Source: an uncultured Actinomycetota bacterium (GTDB taxonomy: Bacteria; Actinomycetota; Actinomycetes; Mycobacteriales; CADCTP01). From it: a stretch of DNA of 64,000 nt. The position numbers and the translations under genes are program-made. Location: assembly GCA_963728945.1 (NCBI GenBank), contig CAVSMA010000002.1, forward strand, positions 738,723-802,722. The letters are read 5' to 3'. The notes below the pieces were generated by a model. That model was given only the letters and a program-made list of their open reading frames with translations, searched no databases and was not told the DNA's origin. Below are positions 1 to 9,282 of the stretch, piece after piece (position 1 is the stretch's first letter; the number at the start of each line of letters is the position of its first letter).

Positions 1-2201
1 CGCGGCCGGACCTCGGCCCGTACGACTCGGCCCAGCAGGCCGTCTCCGTGCTCGAGGGCGCGTCGAACGTGACCGCGTCGAGCAGCGCGGACGACCCGTT
101 CGCGGCCGAGCCGGACGGCGTCGGCCACCGCGGCCCGGACCACCGGCCGGCCGCCGCGGTCGACGGCGACCCCGACACCGCGTGGCTGTCGGCCACCGGC
201 ACGGTCGGGCAGCACCTCGACCTGTCGCTGCTGCACCGGACGCGGGTCAGCGAGGCGACCGTCGAGCTGGTCACCGACCCCGCGTTCGGTCCCGAGGTGA
301 CCACGGTGGCGGTGACGACGGACACCGGCACCGTGTCCGCCCCGGTCCGCGCCGGCCGCGCGACCGTGCTGCTCCGGCCGGGACCGACGACGCGGATCCG
401 GGTCACGATCACCGGCGTGTCCGGCGACCCGGACTCCGGCGTGGTCGGCATCCGCGAGCTGATCGTGCCCGAGGTGCAGGTCACCGAGGCGATCGCGCTG
501 CCGCCGATCCAGGACGCCGACGGCGAGGAGTGGACCGTGCTCGCCGAGCGCCCGGACGGCCGGCGCGGCGACTGCCTGCTCGGACCGGCCGGCTGGAGCT
601 GCGTGCCCGGGCTGGCCGAGCCGGGGGAGGAGAGCGGCTCGCTGGAGCGGCGGTTCGAGGCGCCGGCCGGGGACGTCTCGGTGACCGGCACGGTCCGGCC
701 GCGGCCGGGGACCGCGCTCGACCTGCTGCTCGACGGGGCGCTGGGCTACCGGGCGGACGGCACCTCGCGGATCACCCAGGACCCGGCCGCCCGGCCCGGA
801 GCCGCCTACGACGGCGACCCCGCCACCGGATGGCTGCCCGCCCCCGGCGACCAGGCCCCGCGGCTGACCCTCGCGCTCGGCCGGATGACCACGATCACCG
901 GGCTCACCGGCGCGGACTGGACCGGCGTCGCCGGCGTCGAGCTGACCACCAGGACCGGCGAGCGGCGCTCGCTGGCCGGCTCCGGCGCGTTCCGCCCGGT
1001 CCGTACCGACGAGGTCACGCTCACCTTCCGCCGCGCGGTCAGCGGTGACCGGGTGGAGCCGATGGCCGTGCACGGGTTCGACCTCACGGGCGCGCCGGCC
1101 CGCTCCGCGGCGCCGGTCCAGGTGGACTGCGGCGCGGCCCCGGCCGTGCTGCTCGACGGCCAGGTCCGCAACCTGTCGATGACCGCGCCGGTCTCCGACC
1201 TGCTCTCGCTGGCCCCGGTGCGGGCGAAGACCTGCGGGCAGTCGATCGAGGTGGCCGGCGGTCCGCACCGGATGTCGTCGACCGCGACCGCGGCGCTCGA
1301 GGTGGCCACCGCGGAGGTGTCGAGCGGGCGACCGCCGGCGGCGCCGCCGGCCCGGGCGATCCGCACCCTGTCCTGGTCCGACCAGCACCGGGTCATCGAG
1401 GTCGGCGGCGGGGGCAAGGGCTACGTGGCGATGACCGAGGGCTACAACACCGGCTGGCGGGCCACCGCGTACGGGCGGACGCTGACCCCGGTCCGGATGG
1501 ACGGCTGGCAGCAGGGGTGGAAGCTGCCGCCCGGCGGCGACACCCGGGTCACGCTCAGCTTCGGCCCCGGCCGGACTCAGCACGGCCTGCTGCTCGGCGG
1601 ACTGGTCGCCGGGCTGGTGGTGCTCGTGCTCGCGCTGCTGCCGGTGCGCCGGGAGGCCGAGCTGCGGCCCGACCGGCTGCCGCCGCTGCCCGGCCGGTGG
1701 TGGCGGGCCGCGCCGGTGGCCGTCGTCGGCGGGCTGCTGATCGGCCCGGTCGGGCTGGTCTCGGCCGGGGCGGCGCTGGCGCTACCGCGGCGGTGGTGGG
1801 CTGCCGGCGCGGGCGGCGCGCTCGCGCTCGCCGGTGTGCTGCTCGCCGTCGACTCCGGCGCCGGCTGGGTGCAGGCGGCGGACCAGGGGCTCGCCGCCGC
1901 CGCGCTGTGCCTGGTCACCGCCGCGCTGGTGGACTGGACCCCGCCGGGCGCGCCGACGCGAGGGAGCGCCGCCGACGCGCCGGGTGCCCCAGCCGGCCAG
2001 GACGTCGGCCAGCCGCAGCGCCGGCCGCTCGAGCAGCACCCAGGACAGGCCGCCGAGAGCGGTCGCGCCGAGCGCGGTGAGCACCGCGACCGCCACCGTC
2101 CGCCCGCTGAAGTCGGGCCAGCCGGTGACCCGGTAGACCGCGTCGAGCACGACCAGGTGCCACAGGAAGATCCCGTACGACCATCGGCCGAGCAGCCGTA
2201 G
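1..2201 (+). CDS. 5'-truncated large exported/membrane protein with discoidin (F5/8 type C)-like modules; possibly the C-terminal part of an AftD/DUF3367-type arabinofuranosyltransferase
   Basis: The frame of ORF 48..2201 stays open back to base 3 (RPDLGPYDSAQQAVS precedes the listed GTG), so the gene enters from the left edge. It has two DGDPxTxWL motifs (AVDGDPDTAWLS, AYDGDPATGWLP). The C-terminus has hydrophobic helices (LLLGGLVAGLVVLVLALLPV, ALALAGVLLAV, AAALCLVTAALV). The family name is from memory only. Confidence 0.5.
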   Translation, partial: RPDLGPYDSAQQAVSVLEGASNVTASSSADDPFAAEPDGVGHRGPDHRPAAAVDGDPDTAWLSATGTVGQHLDLSLLHRTRVSEATVELVTDPAFGPEVTTVAVTTDTGTVSAPVRAGRATVLLRPGPTTRIRVTITGVSGDPDSGVVGIRELIVPEVQVTEAIALPPIQDADGEEWTVLAERPDGRRGDCLLGPAGWSCVPGLAEPGEESGSLERRFEAPAGDVSVTGTVRPRPGTALDLLLDGALGYRADGTSRITQDPAARPGAAYDGDPATGWLPAPGDQAPRLTLALGRMTTITGLTGADWTGVAGVELTTRTGERRSLAGSGAFRPVRTDEVTLTFRRAVSGDRVEPMAVHGFDLTGAPARSAAPVQVDCGAAPAVLLDGQVRNLSMTAPVSDLLSLAPVRAKTCGQSIEVAGGPHRMSSTATAALEVATAEVSSGRPPAAPPARAIRTLSWSDQHRVIEVGGGGKGYVAMTEGYNTGWRATAYGRTLTPVRMDGWQQGWKLPPGGDTRVTLSFGPGRTQHGLLLGGLVAGLVVLVLALLPVRREAELRPDRLPPLPGRWWRAAPVAVVGGLLIGPVGLVSAGAALALPRRWWAAGAGGALALAGVLLAVDSGAGWVQAADQGLAAAALCLVTAALVDWTPPGAPTRGSAADAPGAPAGQDVGQPQRRPLEQHPGQAAESGRAERGEHRDRHRPPAEVGPAGDPVDRVEHDQVPQEDPVRPSAEQP

Positions 2202-3005
2202 CGGCGGCGAGCCGAGCACCGGCGCCCGCGGTCCCAGCGCGGCCGGCACCAGCAGCAGCCCGGCGACCAGCGCATACCCGCCCTCCTTGAGCACGGCCGC
2301 CCCGCCCGGCGCCGGCGCCAGCGTGAGCGGTCCCGCGACCGGCGTGGCGAGCAGGAACAGCAGCGCCCCGGCCGCCGCCCAGCAGGTCCCCGAGGCCGCG
2401 GCCAGCTGCCCCAGCCAGCCGGGCACGCCGCGGCGGGCCAGCGCGGCGACGGCCATCCCGACCGCGAACCAGTCCAGGTGACCGGGCAGCCACAGCAGCA
2501 TCCGGTCGGGCAGGTCGAGCAGGTGCACCGCGACGATCCACGCGTACGCGAGGACGACGCAGCCGGCCAGCACCGGCCACTCCCACCGCCGCGCGAGCCA
2601 CACCAGCCCGGGCAGCACCAGGTAGAACGCGACCTCCGGGACCAGCGACCAGGTCTGGGTGAGCGCGCCGGCGAGCGGCTCGGTCCGGTAGCCCTGCCCG
2701 AGCCACCAGTACGCGGCCGGCACCGAGCCGATCACGGCCACCACCGCGAGCAGCACCCAGTACGCCGGCAGGATGCGGGCGGCCCGCCGCAGCGCATACC
2801 GGCCGACCGGACGGGTCCGCGGGTAGAGCAGGAAGCCGGACAGCACGAAGAACACCGCGACGCCGACGTCGAGGCGGCCCAGCACCGCGCCGCCGGCACC
2901 GGCCTGGGTCTGCCCGGTCCGGAACGCGACGTGGGTCAGCAGCACCGCGCCGGCAGCCACCGCACGCAGGCCGTCCAGCGCCGGCATCACCCGCCGCGCA
3001 CTCAT
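1782..3005 (-). CDS. acyltransferase family 3 (membrane O-acyltransferase)
   Basis: The N-terminus MPALDGLRAVAAGAVLLTHVAF is typical of acyltransferase_3. The protein has multiple TM helices and ends with LLERPALRLA. By hand count, G/C at third positions is near-total in 1980-2100 in this frame. Confidence 0.8.
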   Translation of the reverse strand: MSARRVMPALDGLRAVAAGAVLLTHVAFRTGQTQAGAGGAVLGRLDVGVAVFFVLSGFLLYPRTRPVGRYALRRAARILPAYWVLLAVVAVIGSVPAAYWWLGQGYRTEPLAGALTQTWSLVPEVAFYLVLPGLVWLARRWEWPVLAGCVVLAYAWIVAVHLLDLPDRMLLWLPGHLDWFAVGMAVAALARRGVPGWLGQLAAASGTCWAAAGALLFLLATPVAGPLTLAPAPGGAAVLKEGGYALVAGLLLVPAALGPRAPVLGSPPLRLLGRWSYGIFLWHLVVLDAVYRVTGWPDFSGRTVAVAVLTALGATALGGLSWVLLERPALRLADVLAGWGTRRVGGAPSRRRARRGPVHQRGGDQAQRGGGEPLVRRLHPAGAGVDGEQHTGERERAARAGSPPPPR

Positions 3006-3152
3006 CCGGACACCGTACGGCCCGGTCAGGTCACGATGCGGTTACGAGGAGCCGCCTTACCCGTGGTCGGATGTCCCGTTCATCCAACACTCGCTGGTAA
3101 CCTCCGCCCACCTGATCATGGGTCGGCCGGTTGGGGCGATGAGGGGAAGGCC

Positions 3153-4103
3153 ATGCGGCGGTTCTTGGGCCCGGCGCTGCTCGGCGTCGGCGTCTTCCTG
3201 GTGGTCCTCGGCGGGCTGCTGAAGTTCTACGTGGCCGACCGGGTGATCCTCACGCCGATCGACCAGTACGCGCAGACCACCTCGCCCGGTCCGGGTTCCT
3301 TCCTCGACCCGGCCACGCTGCAGGTGCGCTCCTCCGACCTCGTCGCGGTCCGCACGCTGCGCGGCGACGTCGCCGCCAGCAACCGGGACACCGCGGTCTG
3401 GGACGTCTCGGTGGTGCTGTCCACCGGCGACCAGCAGCTCGTCCAGGCCAGCGTCGACCGGGTCGCCACCGACCGGCGCACCGCCGAGGCGGTGAACTGC
3501 TGCGGCGAGGCGGTCAACTCGGTGCCGACCCGGCACAGCGGGCTGTCCTACAAGTTCCCGTTCGACACCCAGAAGCAGACCTACCAGTTCTGGGACGCCA
3601 ACGTGAAGAAGGCCGTGCCGGCGCGATACGTCTCCGAGGAGACGGTGCAGGGCCTGACGACATACAAGTTCGTCTCGCAGATCGACGCCACCCAGATCCA
3701 GACCCAGGAGGTGCCCGGGTCGCTGGTGGGGGAGAGCGCGCCGAGCGTGCAGGCGCCGGTCTACTACACCGACACCCGTACGGTCTGGGTCGAGCCGAAG
3801 ACCGGCGTGATCGTCAAGGGCAGCGAGCAGAACCGGACCACCCTGCGGGACAGCGCCGGGCAGGACAAGACCGTCGTCCTGCAGTTCGACCTGACCTTCA
3901 ACGAGGACAGCCAGCGCAGCCAGGCCCAGCTGGCCCGGGACAACATCGGCAAGATCGACCTGCTCACCACCTGGCTGCCGCTGATCGGCCTGCTCGTCGG
4001 CATCGTGCTCATCATCGCCGGCGTGATCATCATGTTCTCGGCCGACCGCGGCACCGGTCGCCACGCCGAGCAGCCCGAACCCGCCGGCACACCGTCGGGG
4101 TAG
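3153..4103 (+). CDS. DUF3068-like membrane-anchored protein (N- and C-terminal TM helices)
   Basis: ATG 3153 follows gaggggaagg. The N-terminus is MRRFLGPALLGVGVFLVVLGGLLKFYVADRV. The C-terminal TM helix is LLTTWLPLIGLLVGIVLIIAGVIIMF. The upstream part of ORF 2478..4103 is antisense to the acyltransferase. Confidence 0.7.
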   Translation: MRRFLGPALLGVGVFLVVLGGLLKFYVADRVILTPIDQYAQTTSPGPGSFLDPATLQVRSSDLVAVRTLRGDVAASNRDTAVWDVSVVLSTGDQQLVQASVDRVATDRRTAEAVNCCGEAVNSVPTRHSGLSYKFPFDTQKQTYQFWDANVKKAVPARYVSEETVQGLTTYKFVSQIDATQIQTQEVPGSLVGESAPSVQAPVYYTDTRTVWVEPKTGVIVKGSEQNRTTLRDSAGQDKTVVLQFDLTFNEDSQRSQAQLARDNIGKIDLLTTWLPLIGLLVGIVLIIAGVIIMFSADRGTGRHAEQPEPAGTPSG

Positions 4104-4156
4104 CGCGTCCTGTCGGTGCCCGGCGCTATGGTCTCGCCCCTCGGAGGTGACTGCCC

Positions 4157-5272
4157 ATGAGCGGCGTACGGGTCCTGGTGGGGACACGCAAGGGAGCGTT
4201 CGTGCTGAGTGCCGACGGCACGCGCAAGAGCTGGGACGTGGCCGGCCCACTGTTCCCGGGCTGGGAGATCTACCACATGACCGGGTCGCCGGCGGACCCC
4301 GACCGGTTGTACGCGTCGCAGTCGAGCGGCTGGTTCGGCCAGCAGATCCAGCGCTCCGACGACGGCGGCGCGAGCTGGGAGCAGGTCAGCAACCGGTTCG
4401 AGTACGACGGCGTGCCCGGCACGCACCAGTGGTACGACGGGACGCCGCACCCGTGGGAGTTCGCCCGGGTGTGGCACCTCGAGCCGTCGCCCGCCGACCC
4501 GGACACGGTCTACGCCGGCGTCGAGGACGCGGCGCTGTTCCGGACGCAGGACGGCGGCAAGGAGTGGCTGGAGCTGTCCGGGCTGCGCGGCCACGGCTCC
4601 GGCCCGAAGTGGCAGCCGGGCGCGGGCGGGATGTGCCTGCACACGATCGTGCTCGACCCGGCCGACCCGCAGCGGATCTTCGTCGCGATCTCCGCCGCCG
4701 GCGCGTTCCGCTCCGACGACGGCGGGGCGAGCTGGAAGCCGATCAACCGCGGCCTGCAGTCGGGCGGAATCCCCGACCCGGACGCGGAGGTCGGGCACTG
4801 CGTGCACCGGATCGCCATGCACCCGTCCCGGCCCGACGTGCTGTTCATGCAGAAGCACTGGGACGTCATGCGCACCGACGACGCCGGCGAGTCGTGGCAC
4901 GAGATCAGCGGCGACCTGCCCAGCGACTTCGGCTTCCCGATCGCGGTGCATCCGCACGAGCCGGACACGGCCTACGTCGTGCCGATCACCAGCGACTCCT
5001 ACCACTTCCCGCCGGACGGCCGGCTGCGGGTCTACCGCAGCCGCAGTGGCGGCGGCGAGTGGGAGCCGCTCAGCGACGGGCTGCCCCAGGAGCACTGCTA
5101 CGTCAACGTGCTGCGTGACGCGATGGCGGTCGACTCGCTGGAGGAGCCCGGCATCTACTTCGGCACCACCGGCGGCCAGGTATACGGGTCGGCGGACGCC
5201 GGGGACAGCTGGACGCCGATCGTGCGGGACCTGCCGGCCGTGCTGTCGGTCGAGGTCCAGACGCTGCCGTGA
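4157..5272 (+). CDS. BNR/Asp-box repeat beta-propeller protein (sialidase-like fold)
   Basis: There are five Asp-boxes: [48 protein letters not shown] and [13 protein letters not shown] cggagg RBS precedes the ATG. Confidence 0.8.
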   Translation: MSGVRVLVGTRKGAFVLSADGTRKSWDVAGPLFPGWEIYHMTGSPADPDRLYASQSSGWFGQQIQRSDDGGASWEQVSNRFEYDGVPGTHQWYDGTPHPWEFARVWHLEPSPADPDTVYAGVEDAALFRTQDGGKEWLELSGLRGHGSGPKWQPGAGGMCLHTIVLDPADPQRIFVAISAAGAFRSDDGGASWKPINRGLQSGGIPDPDAEVGHCVHRIAMHPSRPDVLFMQKHWDVMRTDDAGESWHEISGDLPSDFGFPIAVHPHEPDTAYVVPITSDSYHFPPDGRLRVYRSRSGGGEWEPLSDGLPQEHCYVNVLRDAMAVDSLEEPGIYFGTTGGQVYGSADAGDSWTPIVRDLPAVLSVEVQTLP

Positions 5273-5580
5273 GCGGCCCGTCGACGGTCCGGGTCCGGCT
5301 GCCGACCCACCTGCGCACGCTCGTCCGCATCGACGGCGAGGTGCGGTTGGAGGTCGCCGGGCCGCTGACCACGCGGTCGGTGCTGGACGCGCTCGAGGCC
5401 CGCTACCCGGGGCTGCGCGGCACGATCCGGGACGCGGCCACGCTCGAGCGCCGGCCGTTCGTCCGGTTCTTCGCCTGCGAGGAGGACCTCTCGCTGGAGC
5501 CGCCGGACGCGCCGCTGCCGGCCGCGGTCGGCACCGGAGCCGAGCCGCTGCTCATCGTCGGTGCGATGGCCGGCGGCTAG
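5269..5580 (+). CDS. MoaD/ThiS-family ubiquitin-like (beta-grasp) protein with C-terminal GG
   Basis: The 103-aa product ends ...[10 protein letters not shown] followed by the stop. The GTG start overlaps the upstream stop (GTGA at 5269-5272). The pattern [10 protein letters not shown]...[12 protein letters not shown] is typical of MoaD-like proteins. Confidence 0.75.
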   Translation: MSGPSTVRVRLPTHLRTLVRIDGEVRLEVAGPLTTRSVLDALEARYPGLRGTIRDAATLERRPFVRFFACEEDLSLEPPDAPLPAAVGTGAEPLLIVGAMAGG

Positions 5581-5630
5581 CTGTCGGCCCTGCCCGCGGG
5601 CGGTGGGACGCGACGCGCCGGCGCCCGGCC

Positions 5631-6416
5631 TCAGCCCGGCTTCTCGGCGACGTAGATCGCGGTGCCGGGGACGAGCGCGCCGCGCAGCGGGCTCCACTGG
5701 CCCCACTCCCGGGTGTGCCCGGCCGGCCACTCCGGCTCGATCAGGTCCACCAGCCGGAACCCGGCGGCGACCAGCTCGCGGACCCGGTCGCCGAGGGTCC
5801 GGTGGTGCTCGACGTACACCGGCTCGCCGGCCTCGTCGACCTCGACGTACGGGGAGCGGTCGAAGTACGGCGTGCGGGCGGTGAGCCCGGCCGGGCCGGG
5901 GTCGTCGGGGAACACCCAGCGCAGCGGGTGGGTGGTCGCGAACACCCAGCGCCCGCCGGGCCGCAGCACCCGGGCGACCTCGCGCATCACCGCGGCGGAG
6001 TCGGCCACGAACGGCACCGCGCCGAACGCCGTGCAGGCGATGTCGAACGAGCCGTCCGCGAACGGCAGCCGCTGGGCGTCGGCCTGCACGAGCGGCACCC
6101 GGACGCCGGTCCGGTCGGCCGCGTCGGCGGCGTGCCGCAGCATCACCCCGGACAGGTCGAGCGCGACCGGGCCCGCACCCTGCGTCGCCAGCCAACGGGA
6201 GCACATCGCCGCGCCGGCGCCGACCTCGAGGACCCGCCGCCCGGACACCGCCCCGAGTAGGTGCGCGTCGGCCTCGCGCAGTCCTTCCGGGCACCAGACG
6301 AAATCGACCTCGCCGAGGAAATCACCGTGCTCGGCGAGGTACGCGCCGGCGTCGTGGTCCCACCACGACCGATTTGCCCGCACACTCTGGTCCGCCGTGA
6401 CCGGGTCGTGCGACAC
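5631..6416 (-). CDS. class I SAM-dependent methyltransferase
   Basis: Motif I is VLEVGAGAAMCSRWLA. Also present: LPFADGSFDIACTAFG and LRPGGRWVF. Confidence 0.85.
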   Translation of the reverse strand: MSHDPVTADQSVRANRSWWDHDAGAYLAEHGDFLGEVDFVWCPEGLREADAHLLGAVSGRRVLEVGAGAAMCSRWLATQGAGPVALDLSGVMLRHAADAADRTGVRVPLVQADAQRLPFADGSFDIACTAFGAVPFVADSAAVMREVARVLRPGGRWVFATTHPLRWVFPDDPGPAGLTARTPYFDRSPYVEVDEAGEPVYVEHHRTLGDRVRELVAAGFRLVDLIEPEWPAGHTREWGQWSPLRGALVPGTAIYVAEKPG

Positions 6417-6659
6417 TCCGGCGACAGGTCTCGGTTCGGCAACGCCGGTCAGCGCCGGTCCTCCCTCGTTGCATGTCTGTCGGCGCTCTCAGTATCCTTG
6501 ACAGCGCGCTGTGGGTCTGCGTGCCTCGGTATGGAGCAGGCCACGCTCGTCAAGGATGTCATCTGGCACGTCAGCCGGCGTGCACGGTCTCGTCACCGGC
6601 GAACAACGGGCCCTCGCGTATCGACCTATACCTAGCCCGCGACCGGAGCGCCCCACCAC

Positions 6660-8144
6660 ATGACGTCCACCACCGAGACCCGTCCCGAGCAGACGGCGAC
6701 CTCACCCACGTCCACGACCCCGCAGGTCGCGGTCAACGACATCGGATCGGCGGAGGACTTCGCCGCCGCCGTCGACCAGACGATCAAATACTTCAACGAC
6801 GGCGACATCGTCGAGGGCACGATCGTCAAGGTCGACCGGGACGAGGTCCTGCTCGACATCGGCTACAAGACCGAGGGCGTCATCCCCTCGCGGGAACTGT
6901 CGATCAAGCACGACGTCGATCCCAACGAGGTCGTCAAGCTGGGCGACGAGGTCGAGGCCCTTGTTCTCCAGAAGGAGGACAAGGAGGGCCGGCTGATCCT
7001 GTCCAAGAAGCGCGCGCAGTACGAGCGGGCCTGGGGCACGATCGAGCAGAAGAAGGAGAACGACGAGGTCGTCGAGGGCACCGTCATCGAGGTCGTCAAG
7101 GGCGGCCTGATCCTCGACATCGGCCTGCGCGGCTTCCTGCCCGCCTCCCTCGTCGAGATGCGCCGGGTCCGCGACCTCCAGCCGTACGTCGGCCGGCAGC
7201 TCGAGGCGAAGATCATCGAGCTCGACAAGAACCGCAACAACGTGGTGCTGTCCCGGCGCGCCTGGCTGGAGCAGACCCAGTCCGAGGTCCGCACCGAGTT
7301 CCTCAACAAGCTGGCCAAGGGCCAGGTCCGGACCGGCGTGGTCTCCTCGATCGTCAACTTCGGCGCGTTCGTCGACCTCGGCGGCGTCGACGGCCTGGTG
7401 CACGTGTCCGAGCTGTCCTGGAAGCACATCGACCACCCGTCCGAGGTCGTCGAGGTCGGCCAGGAGGTCACGGTCGAGGTGCTCGACGTCGACCTGGAGC
7501 GCGAGCGGGTCTCGCTGTCGCTCAAGGCGACGCAGGAGGACCCGTGGCGGCAGTTCGCCCGGACCCACCAGATCGGCCAGGTCGTCCCGGGCCGGGTCAC
7601 CAAGCTGGTGCCGTTCGGCGCGTTCGTCCGCGTCGAGGAGGGCATCGAGGGCCTGGTGCACATCTCCGAGCTGGCCGAGCGGCACGTCGAGATCCCCGAG
7701 CAGGTCGTCCAGGTCGGCCAGGAGATCCTGGTCAAGGTCATCGACATCGACCTGGAGCGGCGGCGGATCAGCCTGTCGCTCAAGCAGGCCAACGAGGGCG
7801 CCGGCACCGGCGGCGAGCCGGGCGAGTTCGACCCCGCTCAGTACGGCATGGACGCCCAGTACGACGAGCAGGGCAACTACATCTACCCCGAGGGCTTCGA
7901 CCCGGAGTCGGGGGAGTGGCTGCCCGGCTACGAGACCCAGCGCGAGGAGTGGGAGCGGCAGTATGCCGAGGCCCAGGCCCGCTACGAGGCGCACGTCAAG
8001 CAGGTCCGGGAGGCTCAGGCGGCGGAGGCGGAGGCGACCGGCGAGACGTCCTACAGCACCGACTCGGCCGACTCCGGTGGCACGCTCGCCTCGGACGAGG
8101 CGCTCGCCGCGCTGCGCGAGAAGCTCGCCGGCGGTCGCGCCTAG
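6660..8144 (+). CDS. rpsA: 30S ribosomal protein S1
   Basis: It has four S1 domains (GDIVEGTIVKVDRDEVLLDIGYKTEGVIP, VEGTVIEVVKGGLILDIGLRGFLPAS, VRTGVVSSIVNFGAFVDLGGVDGLVHVSEL, VVPGRVTKLVPFGAFVRVEEGIEGLVHISEL) and an acidic C-terminal tail. Confidence 0.97.
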   Translation: MTSTTETRPEQTATSPTSTTPQVAVNDIGSAEDFAAAVDQTIKYFNDGDIVEGTIVKVDRDEVLLDIGYKTEGVIPSRELSIKHDVDPNEVVKLGDEVEALVLQKEDKEGRLILSKKRAQYERAWGTIEQKKENDEVVEGTVIEVVKGGLILDIGLRGFLPASLVEMRRVRDLQPYVGRQLEAKIIELDKNRNNVVLSRRAWLEQTQSEVRTEFLNKLAKGQVRTGVVSSIVNFGAFVDLGGVDGLVHVSELSWKHIDHPSEVVEVGQEVTVEVLDVDLERERVSLSLKATQEDPWRQFARTHQIGQVVPGRVTKLVPFGAFVRVEEGIEGLVHISELAERHVEIPEQVVQVGQEILVKVIDIDLERRRISLSLKQANEGAGTGGEPGEFDPAQYGMDAQYDEQGNYIYPEGFDPESGEWLPGYETQREEWERQYAEAQARYEAHVKQVREAQAAEAEATGETSYSTDSADSGGTLASDEALAALREKLAGGRA

Positions 8145-8159
8145 CAGCTCACGACGGAG

Positions 8160-8190
8160 GCCCCACCCGACGCGCTCGGGTGGGGCTTCC
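8160..8190 (+). terminator. rho-independent-type hairpin after rpsA
   Basis: GCCCCACCCGA-cgcgc-TCGGGTGGGGC forms an 11-bp perfect stem, followed by ttcc. It lies 16 nt after the rpsA stop. Confidence 0.6.
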
Positions 8191-8246
8191 GCCGTTCCCG
8201 GGCCCGGAGCGCCCGCTCGAGGCGGAGGGGTCGCTACGGTGACCGC

Positions 8247-8882
8247 ATGACGATGCGTTCGTCGGTTGCGCGGTCAAGCTGTGTCCTGGTGCTGGTCGGG
8301 ATCGCCGCGCTCGCCGCGGCGTGTAGTTCGGGCGGGTCCGACCGGTCGCAGGCCGGCGCGACGCAGACCGCCGCCGCGCCGACATCGACCGGCTCGGCCG
8401 CCACGCCCACGCCGACCCCGACGCCGAACCTCCCCGGCGGCTGCGACCAGATGCTCCCGTTCACCGACCTCGACCAGGCTCTCGGCCGCCCCCTGTTCGG
8501 CCCGTCCCGCTACGTGCTCGGCGTCGCCGAGCCGTCCATCGGCCGCACCGGCCGGGTGACCTGCCAGTTCGGCCTGCAGCCGAACGGCCGCGGCGCGGCA
8601 CCGCTCGAGGTCGGCGTCTCCACGTACAAGGATGCCGACTCGGCGAACGAGCGGGTGGCCGCGACCGTGGCCGCCCTGCGGTCCACCGCCACCTCGCAGC
8701 GCAGCGCGACGGTCGCCGGCCAGCAGGCGGTGCTCATCGGCACGAAGAAGGACGACAACCTGGTCGTGGCCCAGGGCGACCGTACGGTCGCGGTGACGAT
8801 CGCCCGCACGCTGCACGTGGCCTCGCTCGACAAGGCGGCGGTCGGTGTGGCCGAGCGGGTGCTGGCCAACTGGGGGCAGTGA
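8247..8882 (+). CDS. lipoprotein of unknown function
   Basis: The signal peptide with lipobox is VLVLVGIAALAAAC-SSGGSD, followed by an Ala/Thr/Pro-rich linker. Confidence 0.65.
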   Translation: MTMRSSVARSSCVLVLVGIAALAAACSSGGSDRSQAGATQTAAAPTSTGSAATPTPTPTPNLPGGCDQMLPFTDLDQALGRPLFGPSRYVLGVAEPSIGRTGRVTCQFGLQPNGRGAAPLEVGVSTYKDADSANERVAATVAALRSTATSQRSATVAGQQAVLIGTKKDDNLVVAQGDRTVAVTIARTLHVASLDKAAVGVAERVLANWGQ

Positions 8883-8942
8883 CCGGCCGGAGCGGGACGG
8901 CCGCCCAGGGCCAGTGACCGGCCGGAGCGGGAGGGCCGGCTA
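8873..8942. repeat. tandem direct repeat, period about 35 bp, two copies, spanning the lipoprotein stop codon
   Basis: cagtgaccggccggagcgggaCggccg at 8877 recurs as cagtgaccggccggagcgggaGggccg at 8912 with one mismatch. Confidence 0.7.
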
Positions 8943-9158
8943 GAGCGAGAAGATCAGGGCGAACGCCGGGCGCGGCCGGGCCCCGCTGCGGGTCAGCGCG
9001 ACGGCGGTGTGGCGACCGCGCCAGCGCAGCATCGACCAGAACGGCAACCGGGTCTCGCGGATGCGGAGCATGACGGCCTCGTGGCTGCGGCAGTGCACCA
9101 GGCCAGGAGTGCCATGCCGGTGGCGTCCCACCGTCGGTGGGCGCCGGTGCTTGGCCAT
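8940..9158 (-). CDS. hypothetical small basic protein
   Basis: The 72-aa ORF has an ATG start. G/C at third positions is high by hand count. No recognisable motif. Confidence 0.35.
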   Translation of the reverse strand: MAKHRRPPTVGRHRHGTPGLVHCRSHEAVMLRIRETRLPFWSMLRWRGRHTAVALTRSGARPRPAFALIFSL

Positions 9159-9282
9159 GTCGCGACCACCTTTCGGCTGGGGAAGCCGTCGCGGCCGGCA
9201 GCCTACGGGCTGACCAGTCGCGATCTTGTGCGGCGCGCCGGGGGATCATCAGCATGTCGACTTCACGCCGTAGGGTCTTGCT

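Noticed and set aside
6498-6503. A TTGACA hexamer upstream of rpsA, as a possible -35 element.
   Set aside because: There is no acceptable -10 hexamer at 16-19 bp spacing; the nearest TATGGA is 26 bp away. The evidence is not strong enough to call a promoter.
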